The translations under genes were made by a program, and so were the position numbers. A stretch of 64,000 nt of DNA from Diadema antillarum (taxonomy: Eukaryota), in NCBI RefSeq assembly GCF_040938485.1, contig NW_027272360.1:434001-498000 (forward strand), given 5' to 3'. Below the pieces are notes generated by a model. The model made no database searches. It was not told the origin of the DNA and was given only the letters and a program-made list of their open reading frames with translations. This document shows, in pieces, positions 13,542 through 24,758 of the stretch; positions within the stretch are counted from its first letter, which is position 1, and the number at the start of each line of letters is the position of its first letter.

Positions 13542-13762
13542 GTACGGATGGACATATATTCACTACTAAAGCCGAATCTGCGTATTCAGAAAAGTATTGA
13601 CAGACTGTGCTGAAAATCGTTTTTGTGACATTTCGACTACTTTTGAAAAGCTTTCCAAAATTGCAGGAAAAATATGGTTTAAAAAAAAATCTGGTAAGAA
13701 GCAAGCGCGACCCGTTGGGAAGGTAGACCTATACTCAACGAACATGTGAAGCAATAAGTGTA

Positions 13763-14217
13763 GGGGAGACCGGGTCTAGTTGTTACACGGGCAAGTTGTT
13801 ACACTGTCATTTTCTCTATTATCATGGCAAAAGAGGGCGTTACAAGTAATATCAAATCAAAACGTATAGCCAACGATCTCTGCATGCGAAATCTGGCGTT
13901 GCCTGGACGTCACATGTAGAAGGTAGGTCCAAAAAACACTTTTTTACCTCTCCGAGTAAAATTTTGAAAAATTCGATTTTTTTTTATTACACCAAATCCA
14001 TGCTTCTCCAGTAAGTGATGAGTATGTGGTTGAAAGAAGCGTGTTTTGGCTGTCTTTTGGTGAAAGTAGCAACACGTGATGTTTGATTGTTTATTGGCCA
14101 CACGTGTGAAAAGTTTTTGAAAACGCACTGGGTCAAGTTGTTACAACAACTTGACCCGTCTGGAGAATCGAGTGGTGTAACAACTTACCCCAATGCACTT
14201 TCAATTGAATTTATGGT

Positions 14218-14272
<55 letters not shown>

Positions 14273-14638
14273 ACACACACCCAACACACTCATACACCCC
14301 AGCATAGGCTAACATGCACACCCAGACAGGTTAATATTAAGAATTACCTTACACGTCAGATCTGCATTACCCGATTTGAGTTGACTTTCTACGGTGTAAC
14401 AAAGTACCCCATGTGCTGTAACAACTTACCCCAACATCGGGGAAAGTTGTTACAAAATTTTGTGTTTATTGATTACGTAATATCTTGTTTATATTATCCG
14501 GACTTCCAAAGTTTGTACTGTTTTTAATGAAAGGAGGAAATAAGGTATCCTCAAAGCAAAAATGAAGCCGATTCCTCTATTCGTTTTTTGTACAGACCTA
14601 AAAATGTGAAAATTGTAACAACTAGACCCGGTCTCCCC
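13763..14638. mobile_element. Tc1/mariner-pogo-type non-autonomous element (TA TSD) with internal (CA)n
   Basis: TIR GGGGAGACCGGGTCTAGTTGTTAC / GTAACAACTAGACCCGGTCTCCCC flanked by TA on both sides; repeated subterminal GTTGTTAC/GTAACAAC motifs. Confidence 0.85.
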
Positions 14639-14654
14639 TACGAAGCAATCAAGA

Positions 14655-15000
14655 TGGACGCTCAGCAAAATGACAGCAAAGTGAGAGAACTAGGAAAGCA
14701 AGTGAATCAACTCATCCAGGAAAGACTTGTCAGACATTTTTGAGGTTCCATGGCATAAAGGACGATCAAGGAGAAAACACAGACACACTGGTGAGCGACA
14801 TCGTCCATGATCGTCTGGGCATCAGCCTTTCCCCCGGTGACATCGACGGCAGCCACAGATATCATGCCGAGATACAAAGATACACCCAACGGAGCGGTGA
14901 AGGAGAAAAGCATCATCAAGTTTTCCACGTACAACGCACGTCAAAAAGTGTACCAGATCGAAGCTGAAGGGAACCTCAATCTTCATCAACGAAGACCTCA
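14655..15000 (+). mobile_element. Degenerate LINE ORF1 (L1/CR1-type ORF1p-like) fragment
   Basis: RFHGIKDDQGENTDTLVSDIVHDRLGISLSPGDIDGSHR...IIKFSTYNARQKVY matches the NLRIxGI...IDRSHR...IIVKF pattern of LINE ORF1 proteins; frameshifted. It probably continues left of the 13763-14638 insertion. Confidence 0.65.
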
Positions 15001-15043
15001 CGTACATAGTCAAGGCGCTAATTCCTGTAGGAGGCTTAATTAA

Positions 15044-17514
15044 GGAGTTCGTTCAACCCACCCCGCAGAAAAGGTTTAACCAGACAGGGTGGTAGATGGG
15101 ACCTCCATGAACATCCCCAGGTAGTATGTGGTTCCATATTGTGGTGTCAGTAGAATTTTACTGGCCATTTTTCATCATTATTTGTTGGAACAAACGCAAA
15201 GGGGTCTGCGCACGCCAAGACTATTACACTCACCACTAGCATTGCTACATGCGCCAGTGCAGTGGTGCGTGTAGTAGTCTTAGCGCACGCATACTTTTCT
15301 TCGACAAACAAGGGTTTTGCCTGCAAACTGACTTTTCACACCAAGCTGGGGGTCGGTATAGTGTAGTTTCTAGACGTTTTTATTTCGTCTTTATTTCTCC
15401 GAGTTGAAGTAAGCAGAGTGAGAGCGCATACCCAGTGATTGCGACGCCCGAATCGCAATCACTGGGTATGTGCCCTCACCCGGCTTAGCGCAATACAGCG
15501 GGCTTCTGCCCAATACACAAGTTGCAACTCAGAGAAATAAAGACGAAATAAAAACGACTAGAAATAAAGACTAGGGTCGGTAACGCTTGTCGCTATTGGG
15601 GCACTGAAAATACCAAACTTATCACAGTTTTTGCATTTACTTCATGAAGAATTCATCAAACCTGCATAAAACTTTATATGTACACGTTGCTAGAGATGTC
15701 GGCAATACAGTAGGATTCAATGTAAGTTATAATATTGTACATGGTTACCATGGTTACCGGTTGCCTACTGGTGATTGGTAACCCCCTAAATGCCTCCTAC
15801 TGCTGCAAACTTTGATTTTTTTAATTTTATAGATGCAATTAAAAAAAAACTTTTTATTGACTATTGTAAAAAAAAAAAAATCTTCTGCTGCCAAGGCAAC
15901 TAGTATTATCCAATCATGATTCAGCTGTCAATAACTCAAAAACTAAAGCCCATAATTTCAAAAAGCTCAATGAGCATGTCCTTCCTTTTGCATATTTTGT
16001 GTACAACTTATGTGAAGAATATACTGAAGCATTCTCAAGTTACTGCAATATTTGTAAACAAAGGCATAATAAACGGCCTTTGAAAGAAAGATATCATTTT
16101 CGAATAGTAAAATGCATGAAAAAGTTGCATCCGTCGTACTTTCAACACAAATTTGACTTCAAAGTACATAGGCAAATGTAGTTTTTAGTAATGTATGGAC
16201 ACAAATTTCCCTTAAAAATATAGGTGAATACAGAGAGCAAAGCCAATTATATTCTAATGTTAGCTCTTTTGAGCATTAACAGAGCGATGGTTATGCAAAA
16301 CAATCCTGGAAGAGAGCAGAGGAAAGCAATAATTATTGTTCATGTTCGTAAAGGAAGTTCATTCAAGAATGCAGATAAATTTCTTTGTAAAGAAGGAATA
16401 CACACGTGCGCTGGATTATCCACCAAAGAATTAAACGTACTTTTGTGTTCGTTAGCTTTTGTATATATATATATATAATAAAATGAAAAAATCGATATAC
16501 AAGTGTATGTAAATTTGTATCAAAACGTGCAGTAATGAATTAAAGCTAAGGAGACAATGAGGGGAAACTCTTGGACGTCTTTTCCCTTTTATCCAGGCTA
16601 ATTTAACAGTGTTGAGGTAGGTCTATGGCTGATGTGCACGAAAGGCAAAAGAAGCAAATCTGTCTAAATTCCATATATATAATGTATATACATATATATA
16701 TATATTTTTTTTTTTTGGGGGGGGGAGGGGTTACCAATCACCTGTAGGCATCCCGTTACCATGGTTACCATGCACAATATTATAACTTACAATGAATCCC
16801 ACTGTTTTGCTGACATCTCTAGCAACGTGTACATATATAGTTTTATGCAGTTTTGATGAATTTTTCATGAAATAAGTGCAAGAACTGTGATAAGTTTGTC
16901 ATTTTCGGTGCCCCAATAGCGACAAGCATTACTGATCCTAGTCTTAATTTCTAGCCGCTTTTATTTCGTCTTCATTTCTCTGAGTTGCAGCTTGTGTATT
17001 GTGCAGAAGCCCGCTGTATTGCGCTATGCCAATTATGAGGTTGCATACCCATTGATTGCGACAAAAACGGTTGTGGTGTCGCAATCACTGGGTATATATG
17101 TGCTCTCACTCTGCTTACTTCAACTCGGAGAAATAAACACGAAATAAAAACGTCTAGAAACTACACTACACCGACCCCAGCTTGGCGTGAAATGTTACTT
17201 CGTAGTTTGCAGGCAAAAACCCTCGTTTTGTGACCTAAAAAGTATGTATGCGCTAAGACTACTACACGCACCACCGGCATTGGCGCCTATAGCAGAGCTG
17301 GTGGTACGTGTAGTAGTCTTAGCGTGCGCAGACTCTTTCTCAAAGAATAAGATCTTGTCGCAACTTAAGTGGCCTGTAAAATTTTATTGATACCACAATT
17401 TGGAGTCACATACTACCTAGGGGTGTTCCAGAGGGTCCAACCGACCACCCCATGCAGTCAAACCTTTTCTGCGGGGTGGGTAGAACGAAGTCATTTTTTC
17501 TGGGTCCCTGCGCC
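15044..17514. mobile_element. ~2.5-kb element with ~750-bp diverged terminal inverted repeats (Kolobok-like, TTAA/TTGA flanks)
   Basis: 15044-15786 aligns in reverse to 16727-17514 (e.g. ACCCACCCCGCAGAAAAGGTTT / AAACCTTTTCTGCGGGGTGGGT and GGTGATTGGTAACCCC / GGGGTTACCAATCACC). TTAA lies at 15040-15043 and TTGA at 17515-17518. Exact ends uncertain. Confidence 0.7.
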
Positions 17515-17635
17515 TTGATTAACAAGTGTCAGGAGCTCATGCAAAGCCTATAGTTACACAAAGGATATGTAGTTATCCAAATGTTCAACATGATGGTTCC
17601 AGTCTAGTGACTTATCAATATACAAACCTAGATAT

Positions 17636-17850
17636 TTATTCATTTATTTATTTATCTATCATATATGTATTTATCTATTATATTTATTTTTCATTTATTT
17701 TATTTATCTATTTATTTATTTATCTATTTATTTAATTCATTCATTTATTTATTTATTCATTCATTCATTCATTCAGTTTTCTTTTAGCAGGGTAGCTCTT
17801 TCAGCTCACTCGGAACTGCTCTGCCAATGGGGCCCTGCATCACATACAAA
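17636..17850 (-). mobile_element. 3' tip of an L2-type LINE/SINE with expanded (ATTT/ATTC)n tail
   Basis: Minus strand GCAGGGCCCCATTGGCAGAGCAGT...GAGCTACCCTGC, followed by a (TGAA/TAAA)n simple-repeat tail. Confidence 0.45.
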
Positions 17851-18026
17851 ATACAATTTGAGTAAAAAACAAAAACAAAACACAGACTTAAGACACTGTT
17901 TTGCAAGCATGAGTGTGTTTGTGTGTAGGTATAGTGTGCATGTGGGTGTGTGTGTGCATGATTGTGCGTGCATGTATATGTGCGTGTGCTGGTTTGGGTG
18001 GGTGCCAGTGTACTGGTGTGGAGGTG

Positions 18027-18082
<56 letters not shown>

Positions 18083-18489
18083 TGAGGTCTTTTCTTACCA
18101 TTATTTTCTATCTCTCCCGGACTTGATTGTATTTTTTTTTGGTTCCTTTTTCAATGTTTTTGGTTTCATTGATACGAGCAATAGCTGAATAGTGTACAGT
18201 TTTGTCGGAGGTAATCTAAATATGAAAGCATAAATCAGTTTCATTAGATTCAAGATTTATTTTTAAGCTAAGTTTCAGATTTTGTTCTGTTTTCAACCCT
18301 CTGTACAAAACTTTAATTGTATATAGTGTAGGATGTAGGTGTATAGGATAGGAGTGTGTGGTTAACACCCAGACAATGGTCCTGAACAATGGCCAGGGTT
18401 TGAAAGCTCTATCACATATGCATGAGAAATTCCACTATCACCATTGATCACAGCTAGTCTTTATCTACTCTGAAATGCAGTGTGTGCAA

Positions 18490-18926
18490 CAGGGCCGGCG
18501 CACAGTTTTCAAAAGTGTGGGGGCCCACTTCCGGGTTTCATGAGCTAACAAGCAAAAAAAAAAAAAAAAAAAGGGTCCTCAGCTCATCTCTCCCCGTCCC
18601 CGTCCACTTCCGGGTTTCTTCAGCTGACAAAAAAAAAAGGTCCTCAGCTCCTCTCCCCGTCCACTTCCGGGTTTCTTCAGCTAACAAGCAAAAAAAAAAA
18701 AGGTCCTCAGCTCATCTCTACCCGTCCACTTCCGGGTTTCTTCAGCTGACAAGCAAAAAAAAAAAAAAAAAAAAAATTTCCTCAGCTCATTCTCTCCCTC
18801 CCATTGTAGTGCCTCTTACGTACTTCCGGGTTGAAAAAAGTGGGGGGCCCAAAGTGATGACACCTTATTTATTCCTTTGTATGGTGTAAAAAAAAAAGTG
18901 TGGCCCCCACGGCTGCGCCGCCTCTG
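18490..18926. mobile_element. 437-bp non-autonomous TIR element with 5-bp TSD and internal ~60-bp tandem repeats
   Basis: Termini CAGGGCCGGCGCA / TGCGCCGCCTCTG; direct repeat TGCAA at 18485-18489 and 18927-18931; repeated (C/T)ACTTCCGGG motif at 18526, 18605, 18662, 18727 and 18821. Confidence 0.8.
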
Positions 18927-19604
18927 TGCAAGCACATGAGAACATGTGCTTACTTCTTTCATGTGCACGCATTTTACTAGTACCGTCTACCATGAATTCA
19001 GACTATAGTGCCCAGGGCAATCCATCGTGAATCATTAGTAAAGCATTCATGTGCTTTGGAGCAAGAGACCAGAAGCCTAGTCTGCAGAGCTCTGAAAAGG
19101 TGGTATAGACCAGTTCGTAATTCAACTTTGCGCATGAGCAATGTATTTCGCAATATAAAAGGAAATAGGCTGTTATTCAATACAAAACAATGAAAGGGAT
19201 GCCTGCTAAATTGTCAACTGATGGAATATTCTGATCACCTGATCAAAACGCAAGTTAATTCTTTGTTTGGACATGAATTCCATAAATTGATACGTCAGGC
19301 AAGCTTATGCATTATGCCGCTTTGAAAACGAATCAAGTGCCTAACCGACTGAGAAAAAAGAAAGATCATTTCTACCAATGTGTACATGAGATAATTACGA
19401 ACTGGCTTATTCGTGGTATTCATGCCTATTGTTCAGGGTCATTGTAAGCACACCCTCACATACACATCATTGGTTCCAATGTAAAGTTCAGTTTTGTATA
19501 TACAGATGGTTCTGTATGCTAATTGAACATGGAATTGAATATGTTTTTTTGGCGCCAAATGCACATATCATTGACTCAATTATAGTATTTGACTTCGTTG
19601 GCAG

Positions 19605-19740
19605 GACTGCTTCGTGTATCGCCAGACGGTCGCCAATCATAACCAGCCGCCTTTCCCGACGAACCGAAGATGGGTCGGTCTTCCTTGCAACATCGATGCC
19701 GCCTACCAGTCAGGAAATGGCGATAGATACTTCTTCAAAG
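19605..19740 (+). CDS. Internal exon encoding a hemopexin-like repeat (MMP/hemopexin-domain protein)
   Basis: ttggcag|GAC...TTC TTC AAA G|gtgaat encodes [45 protein letters not shown](G). The W.GLP.NIDAA...YFFKG pattern is the hemopexin repeat consensus. Not shown in the ORF track. Confidence 0.75.
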
Positions 19741-20074
19741 GTGAATGATATTTCAATTGACTGCCTACTCCTGTTATCGCTAAAAGTTCAGTTAAAAACT
19801 TAATGTTGCATAGCTTTATCATGATTGGGGACGAGTCCCGAGTATACTCGGGCAAGACAGTGTCTATAGGAAATGCGTTTTGTGGCAAAATCAGTCCGTC
19901 CTCAACGGGTTTAACTAAAACACTTGGTCACTGGGATTTAATTACGTCGAACCAGAGAGAGAACGCCTTTACGACTCTGGCAGTCTGGGGCACGAAGGTT
20001 GGAGAACTGTGGAATGATGGATAACATTCTAAACTCTTTTACTTTCGAACAGAGGTCCCGGTTCGAATGCTTAA

Positions 20075-20457
20075 AGGGTGTGTACAGTTCTGGTCGAGGT
20101 GAGGATTTAGCTTTTAACATTTTGCGAGATATTCAGAAACCACTCTATGAGATGTCAAAGAGCATGCAATTCTATGGGGTATCAAAAGTTTATTTGATGA
20201 AAATCGGTTTTGAAATGGCTGAGATATCCAAAAACAAGGTGAAAGAAAGAGATCCTAATAAAAGGCGTGGCCTGTCGCCTTTTATCATTATCACTTTTTT
20301 GGCTATCTCAGCCATTTGAAAACCAATTTTCATCAAATAAACTTGAATCCTTCTTGAAATTACATGCTCTTTCATATTTCATAAGAGGTTTCTCATTATC
20401 TCGCTTAGGAATGTTCAAAACATGAATCCCCACCTCAACCAGTACTGTACAGTCCCT
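20075..20457. mobile_element. Kolobok/T2-type MITE (TTAA TSD)
   Basis: TTAA|AGGGTGTGTACAG...CTGTACAGTCCCT|TTAA with internal inverted repeats (GATGAAAATCGGTTTTGAAATGGCTGAGAT / ATCTCAGCCATTTGAAAACCAATTTTCATC). Confidence 0.85.
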
Positions 20458-20762
20458 TTAAGTGCTTAGACAAGATGTTATTGCCCATGGCTTTCCTCTT
20501 GACCCACATGTAATGTTCTGTATTATGAAATTGATAAACTCGATTTCGTCAGTCTTTATTACTGATATTTTGATTACTACCATTTTCATCTTTGTGAATA
20601 CTACATTATAATCTGATAATCATTTAATCGATGTTGTATAGGCACTTCCTACCTGATCATAACAATTTAAACCGAAGTTCATGATTTAATCAGGCCCAAG
20701 GTAATTAGATATTCAATATATTCATTCTTATTTTCCATTCCAATGTATGTCTGCACGAACAG

Positions 20763-21068
20763 GGAGCCTACAAGTTTAGCAGCACCAACAGCTTACTACG
20801 GAGCTGCGACGAGCTATTTTATGTTCGGCAATGTACCCGTGGCACTACGGAGCGGCATCGAAGCAGAAGCTTGTTCGCCGACGGCTTCGTCTACTTCTTC
20901 CAAGAAGGTCGCTACTACAAGATGAACGACGCCACCATGTGGTTCGAACCAGGTTCCTCTGACGTCATCAGCAACCTTCTACCACAGTGTCGGAATCTGA
21001 ATCTCGCCGGCCAATCACACTGCTCTTCACACACACATCAACATGATTCTGGCTGTGGTTGCTCGTGA
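20763..21068 (+). pseudogene. Terminal hemopexin-repeat exon of an MMP-like gene, apparently with compensating frameshifts
   Basis: One frame gives GAYKFSSTNSLLRS...LFADGFVYFFQEGRYYKMNDATMWFEPGSSDVISNLLPQC...stop at 21068, while the expected middle FGNVPVALRSGIEA lies in a different frame (ORF 20743-20925). High GC3; acceptor phase ambiguous. Confidence 0.55.
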
Positions 21069-21412
21069 GAATATCTGTCTGAATAACGGACTTTGATGAT
21101 AATTATGGAAAAGTCACATCCTGCAGTAATAATGATCTCACTATTCATTGTCTTTGTTCATTTATGAACTTATCTCAGGAAGCCAGTAACCTTAATTTGT
21201 AAAGAAGACCTTCGCGCCTCTCTCAATAGCTAAATACGAGTGTGGCTCTGGCTGTTCGTGAGAGTTCCAGTCGGGAAAACGGACTTTGATGATAATTATG
21301 TTAACGTCATGTCCTGCAGCAATTGATCTCATTATATCATCTTTGTGCATTAGGAAACAAGTAAACTCAATTTGTAAAGAAGACCTTTGCGCCTCTCTCA
21401 GTAGCTAAATAC
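21050..21412. repeat. Tandem duplication (~188 + ~170 bp) covering the stop codon and 3' UTR of the hemopexin exon
   Basis: 21050-21237 and 21243-21412 share CGTGAGA, ACGGACTTTGATGATAATTATG and TTTGTAAAGAAGACCTT..GCGCCTCTCTCA.TAGCTAAATAC. Confidence 0.85.
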
Positions 21413-22352
21413 ATTAGTAGGAAGGACTTTGAAATAACGACGAGGAAGTGTTGTCATCTGATACATACCTACAGGTACTTATATCTCGTTTAGCCTTTAT
21501 AGAAATATGACTGGACCAATGTTTACATTCACCTTGATGGTAATAAGTCGCATGTTGTGATTGAGAAACCTCTAGCCTCTTGCCTTTTTTCCCCAAACAT
21601 TCCTGTAACTATGTACTTATGTGTTTAGCTTCTACAAAGAAATGCAAGGTAATTTTCAGGACATATTGTTGTAAAATGTTCGGAAAATATTCAGTGCGAT
21701 GGATATTTAGTATGGATAAACTTTGTGTAAAACTCATAAAGCAATGCAAAGACTGTTGTGATCATGACAGTATTTGAATTTGTCAAGACAGATAAAGAAT
21801 CAGGAGTTTTGATGATTTGATTTGAATTATTGATTTTATGATGTAAATAAATATAATTAAGTAGAAACCTATGTTCTCGTATTCATATTTCAGACGTTTT
21901 CTAGTGTCTTTGTTTCTAAAGAAAGACCGACAGCAGGATTTCTCAAGGGTTAAGAAACAGAAACAGAAACAGACATACACACAAACAAAGCCGCTCAAAG
22001 TATGTTCTAGCCTCTGTGAAAGTTTTTTTTTAAAAATTGCAAACTGTATAACATCTTTTTTTTAATATCCAGAAAAGTAAGATAAAACATGATATCTGGT
22101 TTGCTCTGGTGGAATGTTGAGCTTCATTTGCACTTCTGATTGATTTAATGATAATAATTATTAACCTACATATTTATTTGACAAATCACGAGTGACGAAG
22201 AATGATCGGTATAACTTGCTTGAACGTTAGCAGTGGTGATATTGTGTGCATACATCGCAACTTCAGCTTCAACAATTAAGCTGTCAGGGAGCTAGTTATT
22301 AGTTTTACTTTTGTTTTCTTTTTTTTCTGGTCCTGTTATTGTTTTCATGTTA

Positions 22353-22388
<36 letters not shown>

Positions 22389-23601
22389 CGTCTGTTTTGA
22401 ATATGTATGTTATAACTGAATATTCGGCAAAACGATTTGTAACCAGAGAATTGATGGGTGAAATGAAAGTCATTTTGTGATTACATATCCCTTTAAGGTG
22501 CACTGTAACTTTCTTGTAATGTCAAATTAGTTTTTCTCCCGACATCTTTCGGTTTACTGATAAGATGAAAATGTGAATTCCTCATTATGAGAGCAATGAT
22601 ACTGTATAGTTCTTACATAATTTGGTACATTATTACCAAGCAAAATGAATAACATCAACGACAGCAACACAGCTGCAGGCAAATCCTTCAAAGAAACGCA
22701 CCACTGGAAGCATAAATGTCGATGATAATATATTATTACTTTTAACAATATTTTCTCTCTGTGTTTGACAATAGTCCCTGATCAGTACTAATATATAAAT
22801 AGAAAGAATATATATAACTCTGAAATCCATAACGGTAGAAAAATTCAAATCTGGTTTGGAAATCAAATTTGATTTATAAATATCACCTCTATGATTGCGA
22901 TCGGTGCAAAGGTCATTCACACTCACATCAGACCTATCGGATCTTAGTTGATATCTATAAGATAGACTCCTTTATTATCTTATTACATGATCTTAACGAT
23001 TCGACATGACTGCTCTGAAGTTGGCGGAAAGAGATAAGAATCTGTTTTCAGCAATTACAATTTCTTGATCGGGGAAAAAATCTGGGTTTTGGAAGTATAT
23101 TTAAGATGCTTACAAACAAGTTATATATATATATTTTTTTTTTCAGCTACGAGCTAAAGGTAAAAGAATAATATTGTGTATCTTTTTTTTTTCTTCAACC
23201 AATTCGTCAGTTAGAGTTCGCAAAGAGTGAATAAAGAATTGTTCCTCCGTAGGTATAACTTTAGTATCGTTTTTAAATGCTCTAACAGCTGTGCACTTTT
23301 GCATAACCAGAATGAAATACCAGGGGATGGGTGTGAGTATTCTAGGAAATGACCTGAACTGCAATGCCCGTCTCTTTCCAATCATTTATTACACCCGATA
23401 CACTACTGTACCACCAAACGTATGTGGTCAAAATTGTATACTGCCGCGCAAGAGTCAAAATGACACATGCGATGTCAGTGTTCAAATATAAGACTGATAA
23501 TTTTGTCCATACTCTACTTCTACAATGAAAATTGTATGTGAGACAAAGATTGTGATTTGTCATATAAACACATTCAGACACTTGAACGTAAGATACTTTA
23601 A

Positions 23602-24015
23602 ATGGTTGGCATAGCTTTAGGTGAGATGAAGGATTCAGATTTTAACTTTTTGCGAGATGATAAGAAATAACTTATGGAATATAACATACAATTTTAAGAG
23701 GAATTCAAAGTCTATTTGATGAAAATCGGTTCTGAAATGGCCGAGATATCACAAAAAAAAGTAAAAGTGGTCCTGTAATAAACGGTTTGTCCAACCTTTT
23801 ATTAGGATACCTCTTTGTCTTTGGATATCTGAGCCATTTCAAAACCAATTTTCATCAAGTAATCTTTGAATTCCTCTCAGAATTGTATGCTCTATGATAT
23901 ATCAGAAGAGGTTTCTCATCATTTTCATCATCTCTTAAAAAGTTGGAAACCTGAAGCCCCATCTCATTATCATTATTAAAATACCTGTAAGTATGACCCA
24001 AACAATACCATCCCT
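23602..24015. mobile_element. Kolobok/T2-type MITE, same family as 20075-20457, opposite orientation
   Basis: TTAA at 23598-23601 and 24016-24019; shares the internal GATGAAAATCGGT.TGAAATGG / CCATTTCAAAACCAATTTTCATC arms and AGAGGTTTCTCAT. Confidence 0.7.
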
Positions 24016-24186
24016 TTAATGAAACATGTTTCCTTCAAAATTTCTAGTCAAATTCTCTTTTACTTCATTTCACCCCTCACATCGTGGTACCAAATTCATA
24101 GATTCTTGAGTGTTGGAGAAAGTTTTTAATGGTATTCGCTTTTCGTTCTACGTGCCACTATCACATTCGTATAGACCCAAGATGTA

Positions 24187-24703
24187 TTAGATGTATTCAC
24201 AGTCAACGCCATGGTAGACTCTGACCGGAAGTGTGGTCGGGTCCGTGAATTCGGTTACCAGCAGGTACTCCCTGACCTCGGCATCGTACAGCTCGTCGAA
24301 GGTGGCCGGGTCGCGGGCGAGCACGAAGAGCGAAAGCGCGCGACTGTCCGTCACCACCGAGTACTCGTATTGGTCGTTCACGATGGGGCCGAGCTTGATG
24401 ATCCAATCTGAGAAACGAATACGACGAAGATACATGAATAAATGAGCATACACACAAAGACCGTATCCAGTGCCGTATATCAATATACGGCACTGACCGT
24501 ATCAGGGCAATTACCCCCTCTGGTACTGGTTAGTGATAAGGTTAGAGCAATGATTAGGTTCAGAGTTTTAGGTTCAGTGTTAGAGTTTTGGTTAGGGTTA
24601 GCTAGGTTTAGGTTCTGGATTTAGGATTAGGGTTAGGGACAGGGAATGGTCTGAGTAATTGCCCATGCAGGGGGTAATTGCCCTAGACCCAACCACACAC
24701 ACA

Positions 24704-24758
<55 letters not shown>

